A stretch of DNA of 61,626 bases, filler included, from Hausera hauseri (taxonomy: Eukaryota), in assembly GCA_046269625.1 (NCBI GenBank). It is 8 parts of 8 records of this genome, joined end to end, with 100 filler letters (N's around TTAATTAATTAA, not from the genome) between each part and the next. Parts side by side here need not be neighbours in the genome. Positions count along the whole stretch, not along the records: positions 1 to 13,500 come from JBJURY010799866.1; 7 more parts are not named here. The stretch is one strand, 5' to 3'. Below, in pieces: positions 1-12,598 of the stretch (position 1 is the stretch's first letter; each line of letters starts with the position of its first letter). The position numbers and the translations under genes are program-made. The notes under the pieces are model-generated. The model ran no database searches. It was not told the origin of the DNA and saw only the letters and a program-made list of their open reading frames with translations.

Positions 1-430
1 GTAGACGTTTTTATTGTACATTGACTGATTGAAAACCCCATGCCTGAGCATCAGCTATAAATTTAAACTGCATTTCAATGGGACTTCGATGCATTAGTTT
101 CATACGGTAGTTTGAAAAATAAGCATAAACCGAGAAATAATTGCGAATAATTGCGAAGAATATATCGGTTATTGTGTCGGATTGTCCGCAAACGACTTGA
201 AATAGGGTAAGCTTCTTGTCTGGTAAAGTAAATGCCACTGTTTTGACTTATTGTCATTGGTGAAAATGTAAATGTGAATTCCGTCAAAGCCACTTCCCGG
301 GCTCCATGGCGTAAATCGACGGGTTGGTGCAAGTGTATGATAAACTGTTTAGCGGTATTGTCATTGTCGTCATGTTGTGATAATAATCTGTTACTATAAA
401 GTACGAAGTAAATGCTGCTGCCGCTGCTCA
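1..430 (-). pseudogene. Polinton minor capsid protein (penton) N-terminal fragment
   Basis: IYFVLYSN...NTAKQFIIHLHQPVDLRHGAREVALTEFTF matches the Polinton mCP N-terminal pattern FYxxLPSN...NTxxxFxxxLxxPIxLxxxWEVALxEI; lies directly downstream of the integrase. Confidence 0.75.
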
Positions 431-454
431 CTGAATCTGTAGTGCAGAAATCCA

Positions 455-1440
455 ACTCCGTGCCACTTGATGAAATATTGTTTATTCGAACCCTTGCCAA
501 GTGAACGTAGAATTTCCTGAATACTATATACATCGGGTTTCTCGACAGTACCTGCAGTTCTTTTTCACAGAATTTACCGCGTATTTCCTCATCATTTTCA
601 TCCTCTAAAACGTACATGACAGGTGTTTCTTTTGTGTTGATTGCCGAAATTCCGAAAACCTCGTCGCTCCAGTTCTGATTGAAATTCCTAATGAATGGCT
701 TCGTACTTATTTTTGAAATACGTACGTAAGCATCGATTTTATATTTTGGACGTTTAATTGCTCGTTGTTGGTTTTGATAAAGCCACATGTCCAAATCATC
801 GATTACAACCACCGGTCGTAATCCATTGATGCCACGATGTGTCGAATGATTGTATTCATGAATAATACCTGGCAGTACATCTACCCAGCGTTTGATGCCT
901 TGATTCGTAAAGAATTTGTTTAGACGACCGCGCAGTGTTCGATTAAATCGTTTAGCTAGTGCAACCTTGTATTGGGAAAACACCCGGTAGCGGTTTACAC
1001 TAAACAGATTCAAAAACAGTGCTACTTGGGAGTTGTAAAATTCTTTGCCGAAATCCGCTTGTACATGTTTCATTAGTTGTTGTTCCTGTTGTTGTTCAAT
1101 TAATCTGTGAGCAGCGTCGGCAATCTCTATTACGGGGTTTAGATTTCACCTCAATTTCACATGCAAAACGACTAAATGCATCAGTACATGTCAGCACGTA
1201 CCGAAGCCCATCGTTGATACTGGCGTACGGAATCACTTCCATTAGATCCATTTGCCATACGTTATTTACACCGGCAGCACGGTATGCACGAGTTGGAAAC
1301 CGCCTTTTTATCGGTTTGTTTAGGCTGTATGCTAACTGTTCCACGAGCAAACGTTGGGTCTGTTGCCGAGTTTGTTTGACAGTCTTTGCCAGTTTGTCGA
1401 TGCCAGTAAACCTGACGGGATGACGCGGATCGAATCACAT
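455..1440 (-). pseudogene. Polinton retroviral-type integrase (rve) with truncated chromodomain, frameshifted
   Basis: FDPRHPVRFTGIDKL, QLAYSLNKPIKRRFPTR, WQMDL, LTCTDAFSRFA, QADFGKEFYN, KRFNRTL, YVRISK..NWSDEVF..GKFCEKELQ; an alternative frame gives the chromodomain start YSIQEILRSLGKGSNKQYFIKWHG. Confidence 0.92.
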
Positions 1441-1593
1441 GCCGCCCATTATTGTCTTCGATGATGCTGTTCTGGTTTGAATTACAACAATTTGTACGAA
1501 ACGCTAATGAAAGATTCGGCAAACTGTGACAAAATGATGAAAACCATGCACCCATATCGCTAAATCATCATATACTTACCTTCGTTGTTTATA

Positions 1594-1821
1594 CTAAACT
1601 GTTCCATTAATGAGTCCACCCAGTAATTGCGTTACAGCCGGTAGAATTGCGCCAAGGAATCCGCCATTTTTCTCATACATGCCCTCTCGTTTCAGTCGTT
1701 TACTACGAGCTTTGGCAAGGCCAATGAGTCGTTTTCGATAATTTAGTAAATTCCGCTTTCCACTACCAATGTCAACGTGTACCACAACGATACTGTATAA
1801 AATTTCCATCAAATCGTCCAC
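1594..1821 (-). CDS. Polinton/adintovirus small basic protein with adenovirus pX-like amphipathic C-terminus
   Basis: K/R-rich stretch followed by GGFLGAILPAVTQLLGGLI; located between ATPase and integrase. Confidence 0.7.
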   Translation of the reverse strand: MDDLMEILYSIVVVHVDIGSGKRNLLNYRKRLIGLAKARSKRLKREGMYEKNGGFLGAILPAVTQLLGGLINGTV

Positions 1822-2126
1822 AAGAAATTGCGGGAATATCGCAACATGTTTCGCTTATGTTTCGTAGGTGCCTTGAGCAAAGCAATAAAGTACGGTTGAC
1901 TACATTTGAATCGCATTTTGGACGTATTGATGCCGAGACATAGTTGTTTATAACCGTTGCCATTGTGACGGTAATTTGCGTCTAGTTGTTGCTGATGCTG
2001 TTGTTTGAATCACAGAACTGATTAATCACTTGACTGTAGAGGTTTGATACACGTTTCTTGCCGGACACCCGCTTGGTAGGTTTACGTTTAACAATTGTTT
2101 TTCGGAAATTCTTTATTTTATCACAA

Positions 2127-2795
2127 TCATGTCGTCGATTTTCGAATTTGTTTATAGACACGTACACCTTTCTGATTGAAAATATCTGTTCGTACACGCA
2201 TATCATTGAGACACTGCTGTATAAAGGCAATAAACAGATATCCATGCGGTTTGTTCGTAGCATCATGAAATGCATCTACCAAGTAGGTTCGGATGTGAGG
2301 TAATTCTTGTCGTGCAACATAATCAATGATAATCTAATCCCGGGGATTTTTGAATAACATCAAAGAGTTTACGTTTATATTTCTTGTTCGATGCTGTCCA
2401 CCCTGATGGAACATTTTTTGCTTAATGAAAATTACCACGGTGTCGTTCTCCACACCACGGTGTCGTGCAATCTTCGTAAACAGATTGTTGAAGTCCGATT
2501 GTTTTGCGGCTTCCTGAAATAAATCGTCAATGACAATAACATCACCGCTGCGTTATCTCTCAGACCAGTTCTCATCAAACCCATCAATTACCGTTATCGA
2601 TTTTAATTTACAAAATTTCCGATGTGTCAAACCGGACTCACCATCATCACCAACACCCTGATGCCAGTATATGTGATCGTACCGTGATGAATGGAACATA
2701 TCACGATCGTTCTATAATAGTTTACACACAAAGTGCGTTTTACCACTTCCACAGGAACCTGCAATCTGGAAAATTGCACCATTCTGTAGCTTCAT
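2127..2795 (-). pseudogene. Polinton FtsK/A32-like packaging ATPase (in-frame stops; absent from the ORF track)
   Basis: Manual translation: Walker A IAGSCGSGKT, Walker B VIVIDDLF, FTKIARHR, LFKNPRD, DATNKPHGYLFI, RVRTDIF; three internal TAG stops. Confidence 0.93.
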
Positions 2796-2801
2796 TTAAA
2801 T

Positions 2802-3113
2802 AATAACACAACCTTTCCTCACATTATTTGTTTACAATCGTGTTACACACAATCAGTCAATCTGTACAAATTAGCAGTGGCCACTGAATGTACGTATGAA
2901 CCCAAACTGTTTCCTGCACTGAGACTGACATTGTTTTGCCCACTTTGTGTCAATGTGTTTAGCAGTGGAAAAATTGTTGTACTTAGTATTCAGATAGTGG
3001 ACTATGAACCGATTATTAATCAAATTACAAACCACATAAATGTTTTAGTAAATCAAAATAATGTACTCTGCACAACAACAGCAAACTATAAATATCATTT
3101 CCGTGTTCATTAA
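2802..3113 (+). CDS. TATA-binding-protein (TBP)-like single repeat, probably 5'-truncated, inside Polinton
   Basis: VNLYKLAVATECTYEPKLFPALRLTLFCPLCVNVFSSGKIVVL vs TBP YEPELFPGLIYRM..P....LIFxSGKVVLTG. Confidence 0.75.
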   Translation, partial: NNTTFPHIICLQSCYTQSVNLYKLAVATECTYEPKLFPALRLTLFCPLCVNVFSSGKIVVLSIQIVDYEPIINQITNHINVLVNQNNVLCTTTANYKYHFRVH

Positions 3114-3377
3114 GACATTACTATCGTGCAAGACGACGACAAAACAATTCTACTCAATGATTATGATGCTGGTTGAGAGAATGATAAAAGTTCAGGTCGG
3201 TTGTGGTTGTTTGGCTACGAAAAGGACAACTTTAATGTGAAATTTCTGGAAACGAAAACAGAACCTGTCCAATAATTAGAAAAACATTCTAATGGCGATT
3301 GTCTGCAGTAATATTATCTGGAAACAAAAAAGGCGCCTGCTCGTAAATCATCAGCAGCAGCAAAACCGACGTTAAAA

Positions 3378-3803
3378 ATGCAAAATGCAATGATTGGAAT
3401 ACGTAAACGAAAATCAAAAGTGTCGCGCCAAACACAGACATTTTTACCGAATCGAATTTTTCGCAAGTATGAAATGCATTTTCTGCAAACGCCCGTACTG
3501 ATTTCATTGAATGATCCAGTGTCTCTATGCGCACCCAAGTATAGCTATCGTGTAAAACGAATTTCGGATGAAAATTTGGATAAACTTTCTGATGCTCTGT
3601 ATCAATTAAACATGGATTTAAAGTTGAACGAAACGACCATGCAACAGCAATCTGTCGTTTTACCGGCTCAGAAAACGAAATTGTTTGATTTTATTGGTCG
3701 CAAAATTTCTAATATATCCAATGATGATTTAAGGTGTCGACTGAACACTGAATTACTAGGATGCAAGGAAAAGCCGGTATCAATGGCCCGATTTGGCGTG
3801 TAG
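3378..3803 (+). CDS. Hypothetical Polinton accessory ORF
   Basis: 141-aa ORF co-oriented with the TBP-like and dUTPase ORFs; no recognisable motif. Confidence 0.3.
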   Translation: MQNAMIGIRKRKSKVSRQTQTFLPNRIFRKYEMHFLQTPVLISLNDPVSLCAPKYSYRVKRISDENLDKLSDALYQLNMDLKLNETTMQQQSVVLPAQKTKLFDFIGRKISNISNDDLRCRLNTELLGCKEKPVSMARFGV

Positions 3804-3932
3804 CTGAAGCGCATTTGAATTATTAGTAAGTAATATTGTTGTTGTTTTGTTTTGTTTTACCGTTCTTTTTCTTCCATTAACCCAATTAACGAGTATAAAA
3901 ATACGTGTAATTTTAATATTGGTATAAGAATA

Positions 3933-4030
3933 ATGATAAAGAATGGTGTAAAGTTTATCTTAACAGACGAAAATGCCTTTGTACCGAGATGTCTTACAAC
4001 AAACAGTGTAGGCTATGATGTGTTTTCCAA
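3933..4030 (+). pseudogene. dUTPase N-terminal stub
   Basis: VKFILTDENAFVPRCLTTNSVGYDVFS resembles the dUTPase start KFxKLSENAxxPxRxSxxSAGYDLxS; the rest is missing. Confidence 0.65.
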
Positions 4031-4039
4031 TGTCATTTC

Positions 4040-6270
4040 TAATGTGTCCAATAATCCATCTGATTGAATTTGCTGTAGTGGCTTTTGGCGATCAATGTTT
4101 TTCAGCCGCCGGAAAAACTGTCTGTGCAACCGACAATTATACTATTGTCACAGCCGTCCAACATTTGCCGGTAACGTGCCAAATAGCGATACTGTAGCTC
4201 ATACATCCGCAACTTGTTCAGGTCCAATACCTCTTGTCGGATGTAACTTGGGCGGTTCAGAACGATTTCTTTGTTTAACAGCACCGCAACCAATCCATCG
4301 AAATTGTGCATTGACCCCCTAAACTGTGCCTTGATGGTAATGTAACCAATCTCTTTTCCGAGTTACATAGGCGTACATTCAGCCGCTTTTTCAGATTCTC
4401 CCCTGTTTTTCCGTAGAGGGAATTGTTTTTCAGCTTGTAGTAGTCCTTTTCGAAATTTGTACAAGCTGCGGCTCGTTTCACCGAATTTCCACCTATGTAC
4501 GCCTTGAATATTCGAGGCTGGGCAAATCGGATTGCACGATGAAGATGTGCGACGCGTACATCGAGCTGCATATAGAACTGTAGCAGACGCCAAAGGACCA
4601 CTTAATTCAGCTTTGGTTCATGCGTCATGAGCAGTTTCTTCACTTTTGAGCCTGGCGGGCATTGGTTAAATGGTGCGACCGGTAAATCGTCCAAAACGTC
4701 ATGCAGCTCATCGGATATTATGGGATCGACCTACATCAGGTATTCGACTGAGCCTGCCATGTCTGGTCGTAGTAGATTGACCAATATGTCGCCCAGATCT
4801 TGTGTGTCGACTACCCATTCGAATGAACTGTACGGAAAGGGTTGGAAATGCGCCCAGCCGTACAGGTTATTAATATCAATATACAGCAGTGATGTGGTAT
4901 CGGTAGCACTTATCTGATGCTTGGTGACAAATGTCATGTTACCTAGAATACCAACATCAAGCAGCCGGTACATTTCTGGGTCTTGCAGTAGCTCAATGTC
5001 TCGATCCAGTGACATTAGAGCTGACGCCCAACCTCATTCTCGACAAGGAATAAAAATTGAGTGGCTCCAACCTATCTTCCGCCAGAGCTTTGGTCTGAAA
5101 TGCTTCGAACATGTCGGATAATAAGTACACGTTCAGTTTAAGATACTGGAGCATGTAATCCAATATGTTCCTACAGCCCAGTTCTGTCCAAGATTCTTGT
5201 GCTCTCCGATATTCTTCTTGTGCGATACCTGTCCATCGCGCCAGTAATTTGTCTGCTGCACGGAGTCGCTCAAGTGATGTTGCAAAGTCATGTGGAAATA
5301 TGCCTCTTCTGCGTGAAATATATTCAGAAAACTGCGTCAGCGCTATCGGCACATCTGGCAAGACATTTGCGAGCTTTGCCAATGATTCATTGAGAAATTG
5401 CAATGAATTAAGGACGCGTACCTGGATTCGGTTTACTTGTGCCGACAGTGATAGGTATTTCTCCATTGTCGTTGGGATTATGGACAGTTCCCAGTGCGGA
5501 AAACCGTCAATGGCCCATTTGAGAATATGGTGACAGTCATAACCTCGGAAATTGTGAAAGATCACCCGTAGGAATGGTCGCACTCGCCTTTCTAAATTGC
5601 ATATATTGCATGCTGCTCCCAAGTATCGACCGGTGAAATGGTCGTGATCCGGTACGAGCCGTTCTTGTGCATCAAATGGTATTATTTTGCGACACAGATA
5701 GCAATCATCGGTGATAGCGAAAAGCAACGGTTGATATTCGTCTGCCCAAATCAATGGCTTATTGCAACTGTTGCGATACCACGGCGCTATTTTCGTTTCC
5801 ACTATGGTTTCCAACTGTTGCAGGAAATCACTTACACAGTTCCAACAATGGAAAACCTAATACTGCGGTTGTTCGGCGGCTTTTATTGTTACTAGCAACA
5901 AACCGACGCCAACTGATCGTATACATTGTGTCGTGGTAGAATTGCTTCGATATCGGCATACACCACATATGTCGAAATGTCTCTTTTTGACCAGTCACTG
6001 AATCTCAACTCCTTTTTGACTGGCATAACATACATTATGTTTCCTGATGAAGTTTTCCTGCACACCACATGCTTTTCCCATGTCTCACTTGACCGGAATC
6101 CATGCCTACACACGTGACATCACTTGCACCTTACACGCTTTTTCATGAACTGGTAATGCTCCGTGTTCAACAATTCGTCCAAATTGGTCACGGTCGTGTA
6201 ATAAAACTTTTCTTAATTCTCCAACAGCAAAAAATTTACTGGGCATCCAATTGGATTTCAACTGCAGTAA
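4040..6270 (-). pseudogene. Polinton protein-primed family B DNA polymerase (fragmented)
   Basis: YVVYADIEAIL, DHDHFTGRYLGAACNICNL, FHNFRGYDCH, YIDINNLYGWA, YKLKNNSLYGKTGEN, VLDLNKLRMYEL, GCTDSF; multiple frameshifts. Confidence 0.95.
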
Positions 6271-6272
6271 AT

Positions 6273-9200
6273 TATGGGCCGACGATATCTAAGTGAACTG
6301 ATTCAATACTGAATTAAAGGTGGCTTGAGATGTTTAGCTACCTTGAATTTTTGACAAGCCACACATTGCTTAACCCAGTCCTGTACGTCGAACCTCATCG
6401 ATGGTCGTGTTACGTGACGTTTTAGAAGGCTGAATGTAGCTTTCGAACCTGGGTGATGCAGCAAATGAATATTGTTAAATGCTGTTTGTTAAAGAGAAGG
6501 TGCCAAAATTGGCAAATGTTGCCCAGGTATCGAAGTGTACATGGCCACTGCATTGATGATTTGCACGGATTTGTATTGTTTCAGAATTTCAGTGGAAGGA
6601 GAATTTTGTATCAATTGTTACTTGGAGAATATGGGCGTGACACTTATTGCACCGACTGACCGTGATAAAAAATCGGCTATTAAATTGTCTGTGCCCGAAA
6701 TATGGCAAATTTTGAAGTTGAATGTTGACAGGTACGATATATGGCATTCTTGTCGAAGTGATGGTTGTTTCATGTTCATTATGTGAACGAGAGGTTTGTG
6801 ATCCGTTTGAATGGTGAAAGAACGAGCAATAAGTAAGTGTGAAAGATGTTTAAGAGTTAAGACGATGGCCAGGGTGAAATAACGGCCATCGAAGGTGGAA
6901 TAACGGTGTTCTTGCGGCTGAAGCTTATGTGAAAAGAATTCTAACGGCTCATTTATACCTTGAGATATTTGATGAAGAATCGCTCCTACGGCTGCGGTTG
7001 ATGCGTCAGTTGTTAAGATGAGATCGGCATCGGATTTTGTGTAAGCTAAGATTTCAACTGTTTAAGCTTGTCGCGGAGTTCATCAAACTGGTTTACAAGT
7101 TCGGTCGTCCAATATAAGTTTTTTCTTCGGCTCTGCTCTTAGCTGAGCGAAAGGAGCAGTTAACTGGCTACAGTGAAGGACGTATTTATAAACAAAATGT
7201 AAAGTCACGAGAAAACTACGCATGTCAGTTGTAGTTTTTTGTAACTCGATATTTTGTAATTGGTGAATCCTATCAGGCTATGGACTGTGACCGTCAGGTG
7301 TGATAACGTGGCCAAGGAAATTAACCTTTTTTGAAAGAAGAAACACTTAGAAAAGTTGACGTGCAAATTGTAGTTGTGTAAGCGTTGAAAAACTAGTCTG
7401 AGATGTTCTTCATGTTGTTTGGGTTATGTCGATGCGACTAGTATATCATCAATATATGGATATACAAATGGCGAGCCTGAAAGGACTGAATGAATGTGTC
7501 GTTGAAAAGTTTGTGCCTGCGTTCTTTAAACCGAACGACATGAATGCGTATTCAAAGAGACCAAAAGGTGTTATTATGGCTGTTTTTGGATGTCTTCAGG
7601 TGCTACCGGTATTTGGTGGTAGGCTATTTCCAGATCTATAGTCGAATAAATTGTGGTTTTGTGTAAAGAATGTAATATATCCTTAATCAAAGGTAGAGGA
7701 TAAGCATCCATGGTAGTGAAGTTATTAAGTTGGCGATAATCGCCGCATTGGCGGAATGTGCCATCTTTTTTGGGACGACGTGGAGTGGTGATGACCACGG
7801 TGATTTTGAGAGTTTTATTATGCCAGCTTGCTCAAGTGCAGAGAATTCCGCTTGGACTACCTGTCGACGGCGTGGTGAAAGTGGACGGAGTTCTTGCCTA
7901 TCGGGCTTGGAATTTTCTGTAATTATGTGAGGGATTGTTGTGACAGCTGATCGAAATGCTGGGTCTTTTGTAATTTTATGAAAACAAGACTAGGTTAAAT
8001 ACTGTTGCAATCTTTGGCTAAGTGTAGTAAAGGTTGTTGTTATTATGGCGGTGGATTAATTGAATGTAATGCAAGAAACGGTAGAAATCGAGTCGCCTAA
8101 ATCATCCTTTTCAACGCTTTTTGTTCCTTTATTATCGGATTTCAACAAAAACGTTGGATTGTTTATACTGGTATTAAGAAGGTTTTTATTTACGTTGACT
8201 GATGGTTTCTTTAATATCAATTTTTTAGGCGAGATGGCCTGCGTGACCGATGGGCGGTTATTTGTAAAAGTTGGCTTTGTTAAACTGCTTTTAATGATCT
8301 GACGTTGACTACAATCTACAAGGAGGTTATAGAAAGATAGAAAATCGGAGCCAAGTATTGGAGTTTGTGTGTCGGCGACAATGAAAGTCCAATTGAAAAT
8401 GTCGGAGAATGGTGGTAAAGCGAATGAAATCATGGACGTGCCGATATGCATAATGCTTGGCCGTTGGCTGTATACAACTTGATGTTAGACGGTGAAATAG
8501 CTGTTGTTCTGGTGGACGGTGGCAACAAAGAGACAGCGGCCCCTGAATCAATAAGGAAGTTAATTGGTTGATTGGGTTTGGATGTCAAAGAGGCTTTCAA
8601 AGTGAAAACGGCGTAGGTGCGGCTATCAGAATGAAAACGTTCGCCTGTGCCAGTATGTGCCTAAATATCTGGCGGCTTTATAAGTTTGTTGGAGGCACCG
8701 TATTTAAGTTATTGGAAGAAGTAGGTTGTGATGGAATGGATGGGTTAACGAAGGTGCAACCTGAAACACAGTTGTGGGCTTTGGAGTTGAACTTATTGTG
8801 GTATATGCAGACAATATCGGATCGTCTGAAATGGGGGGGGCATAAAATCTGCAACCTAAGCAGCATATAGTAGTGTTGTTTTTAAATTTGGTTTGTAGTA
8901 ACACTGCATTGATTGTGTAGGCGACCTCGCATGTCTCGAATTTTGAGACGAAGTGCGGCTATGGCTCGCATCGAAACGACTCGGTTTAGGCATGATCAAG
9001 GCCTTGATTTTCAACGTGAGTACTGAAATTGCCCGGTGTATATTGGCATTTTCGGTACATAAAGAATTTATTTGGCAGTTCAAATTTGATATGTCGTTAA
9101 TCTGTTGTATTATTGATGTTTGTAGCAAAGTAGCAACTAATGAAGCTGTATGTGCATGTAATATCTCATGGCTTTTATCATCCAGTTGTGCTAGTTTGGT

Positions 9201-9700
9201 AGTGACAATGTATCCTCTAATATGGGCAACAGTGCACGTATGTCTCTAGTAAAGACTGAAGAAAATATCTGCGTAGTAAATCGGCGTTGTTTGCTTGATT
9301 AACTCCAAAAGTACTCAACTGTGTTAGAGAGATTTGAAGAAATTCTGAGGGTTTTAATGTTCCTATGGTGTTGTCGTTGAAATATTTATGGATAATATTA
9401 TCTAAAGATGGTTCCGTGGTTTTAATATGGAGTTAAAGAGTGTTTTGCATGGGTCACTGCTTTGAAAGATATCCGACAAGTTAGAAAGCTGCGACTTAAT
9501 GTTGGAAGGCAAAAGTATAAGCAAGCTGTTTGCTTTAAGAAAAAGGTCGACGATACTGTTTGACTTTAACCAAGCTACATGGAAGTCCAACTACGTCCAG
9601 CTGGAATGTTGCTTGTCAGCCAAGTATTCTACGCAAGGTAAGTTTACGGTAGATGACGGAGATAGAGATGAATTTAGAAGTACGGTGATAGTATGAATGT
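6273..9700 (-). mobile_element. Decayed Ty3/Gypsy LTR retrotransposon (CsRn1-like gag; PR-RT-RH-partial INT)
   Basis: Gag CIYHNKFNSKAHNCVSGC; PR FLIDSGAAVS; RT KKDGTFRQCGDYRQLN..DAYPLP..AYHQIPVAPEDI, YIDD; RH TDAS, TDHKPL, ADFLSR; INT Zn finger HHPG..CVACQ, ending at VHLDIVGP. Confidence 0.92.
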
Positions 9701-11989
9701 CGGCAAAGTCTTCTTAGTCGTTAAATTAGGCTTTTGGGTCAGACTTGCCGAGCAATCGGAGTTGTATGCTGAGCAGAAGTGTTGAAGATGATTGGGCCAA
9801 AGATGCGAGAATGTCTGATGGTTGAAGAAAAAACCATTGAGGTTAAGGCGAAAATTACTATAGCTAGTTTGATGTGATAGCACATCAAACAAGTTTTCAA
9901 CTGATGACTTTTTATGCATATAGCATGAATATACTTGTTTATTTTGAGAAAAAAGGACGAGGGATAGAAAATTGTTTAAAATGGCCGGGACGCAATATGG
10001 CGCGCGAAGCGCGGGCGTGCCCAAAACCCCGATGATGTGGCGCTCAGCCCGCTTGATCGAAACGTCAGCCACCCCGGTCAACGTCCGCCGATTACCGTTC
10101 GATAGTGAGGGTATGTCAGAAGCAGTTTTCGGTAGACAGTTAGTTTTAGTCGTAGGAACTTGATTGTTCAAAAGTGAGATCTGTTCGGAAATTTTTTGAG
10201 AACGTTATTATGGAGTTGTTCCATAGATATCGGAGCACTACTTGCATCTCCTAATCTAGAAACCGACACGTTTACTGAGCGTATCTGCGGAAGTATTTTC
10301 GCACTTGTAACGAGAACATGGTAAATTAAGGTCCACAAAAAAATTGTGGAATGTGGTGTTAGATAAAAGCTACAGCGATTTATAAGGAAATTGAGCGTTG
10401 AGTAGAAAACTTTTTTATCGTTAACTTTGTTGATTTGATTGGGCTGACAATTCGTTGTATTGTTTTGAATGAGCAGCAATTGATCCGGTGTCATTAAGTG
10501 AGATTCGATAAACTTTTTCGAAATGTGTCTCTCTGTTTTCCGATGTGCAATCGATTGATAAGATGAATTTATTACATGGGAACAGGTGTGGAGACAACTG
10601 GACAGGAATTTTATATATAGACATGGAGTGTATGGTTTCTTTTCGAATGTAAATCGTCTGGTTAACAACTCGAACTAAACACGGCAGGATTGGAGTTTGC
10701 AGATCGAGTAGAATGTTTGAGTAAAAAACGATGGTTAAAGTGTAGGGTTGGTGTGGCTTAATATCACGGATGATGTCATTAGAATTGGCGATGATTTCGG
10801 TTGGTTGGTATTTATGAAATTCTTTTCTAATTTTATTGAATATAAATTTGCTGGTGCATTCCAGTAATTTAATATTTTAGATGGACGGAAAAGTCTGTTT
10901 CTTTTGGATAAATCAGGAGTTGAAGTGATTTTCCGGTGATCTAGTGTACTCTTTAAAAGAATCGGTGCGATCGGGTCATTTATAATCTATATCTTCTATA
11001 ATAACAGATTGTTTGGAAATTGGGAATTGTGACTGTTCATAAAATACTGAAATGTTATGCGATAATTTTAGTATTCTGTGTATGGACATATTATTACTCA
11101 TTTGAACCATTGTTGAACTTTCCTTACTTCTAAGAAAATTTTCTTAGAACACATTTTCATAAAGACAAGTGAATAAATAATTTATTATAAATAAGTTTAA
11201 GTTCGTAAATCATACACATTCTATGACCACCAAAAAATTCAAATTCATTACACGAATCCATATCATATCCAATGTAATCCATATTCCGTTTTTTTTTTCG
11301 TTATGCGTAGGTGCCATTATTATGTTATCCGTGCTCTTGACATCATTTTGCTGAAAAATTGTGGGTAGGAATGTTTCAAATGATTCTCGTCTAGTTGGTG
11401 ATGAAATGTCACTTCTGTCTAGCGGACCGCTATGCTGAACCGTGGGGCCGTTCTGTGTGTCAAGAATTGGAGCGCTTTGTTTATACAGGTGCCATTTACC
11501 GATTTCGTCCCTGTGACTATTTCTAGCATGTATCACATCGATATAATCTGGTTTTGTAGCTTTGTTAATTTCTTTAGCTGAATGGAATTTGCATCTGTAC
11601 ATACTTAGGCCACAATCAATAGTAACAATCACGTCCTTGGGACCACTGGTAGCAGTAGTATAACGTGGTCGAACTCTTGGAGCATGATTACCCTGAATTC
11701 GCCTTTGATTTTCACTCGGTTGCCGAATTAGCGGTTTCTCTGTTGACATGCGAATTATTTGCGGCTCTGAAACGGGACTGCTATAACAGAAATGGATGAT
11801 TCCTGCGGAGGATACGTGCCTCGATAGCCGTGGTCCATGCAGTGGAACTGGAGGAGCAACTGCACTTTGTCTGTTTGTGCAGCATTTCTTTCCGGCTCCC
11901 AGATGTTGGGCTTTCCTCGGATGCTTAAATGCCATTTTTCCAGCCGGCCTCCAAGGGCCATCGGTGCAAATGAAACTTCGACTTAGAGG

Positions 11990-12595
11990 CACTACGCGTA
12001 GACTAAAAAACTCATACAGGATTATGCGCATAGCCCATCAATCGATCGTGCGATCATATCCCTATCTGAGGATGACCTCTGTCGCAATGTAATCTGGTGT
12101 ACCAAAAACCTGCTTACCTTGGAACGTCGTACAATTTTTATACAACACCGATTCGAATAACTTCATCGTCAAGTTCATAAGACCCACCTTCGATAAGCGA
12201 AAATTGGTCAGTTTTGTGACCCTCGAGAGTAACAAGCAGGTTATCTGGCTTTAAACCCCGATGAACGATACCGAATCTGTGTAAGTATTCAAGAGCCAGA
12301 ACCGTTTCAGAAAAATACATTCTGGTCAATTCATCGGGTAGTGAACCTATATTTTTAATAAGGGTAGCGACGTCACCCCCTTCAACGTACTCTATTATCA
12401 TACACAAATACTTTTTGGATTATAATGAACAGTCAAGAACAACAACAAATGGATTATCGGGAAATGTCATGCTGTTTCTTTCAGCAAATATCTGATCAAC
12501 TTGATTGAACAATAACAAATTGTCTTTTCTGATTTTCTTTATTGAAAATAGTTTTCTAGTTTTTTTATCCTCAAAATCTGTCTCTCGAGGAGCAT
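11990..12595 (-). pseudogene. MAST: Intronless MAST-family (microtubule-associated Ser/Thr) kinase pseudogene fragment
   Basis: [98 protein letters not shown]; HRD changed to HRG, plus stops and frameshifts. Confidence 0.88.
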
Positions 12596-12598
12596 AAC

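Noticed and set aside
75-1073. Genuine integrase-penton fusion protein
   Set aside because: The chromodomain is out of frame and truncated; the fusion is best explained by frameshift plus deletion in a dead copy
9674-11100. ORFs and possible 5' LTR/PBS of the Gypsy element
   Set aside because: No recognisable domains, no second LTR to compare and no clear PBS
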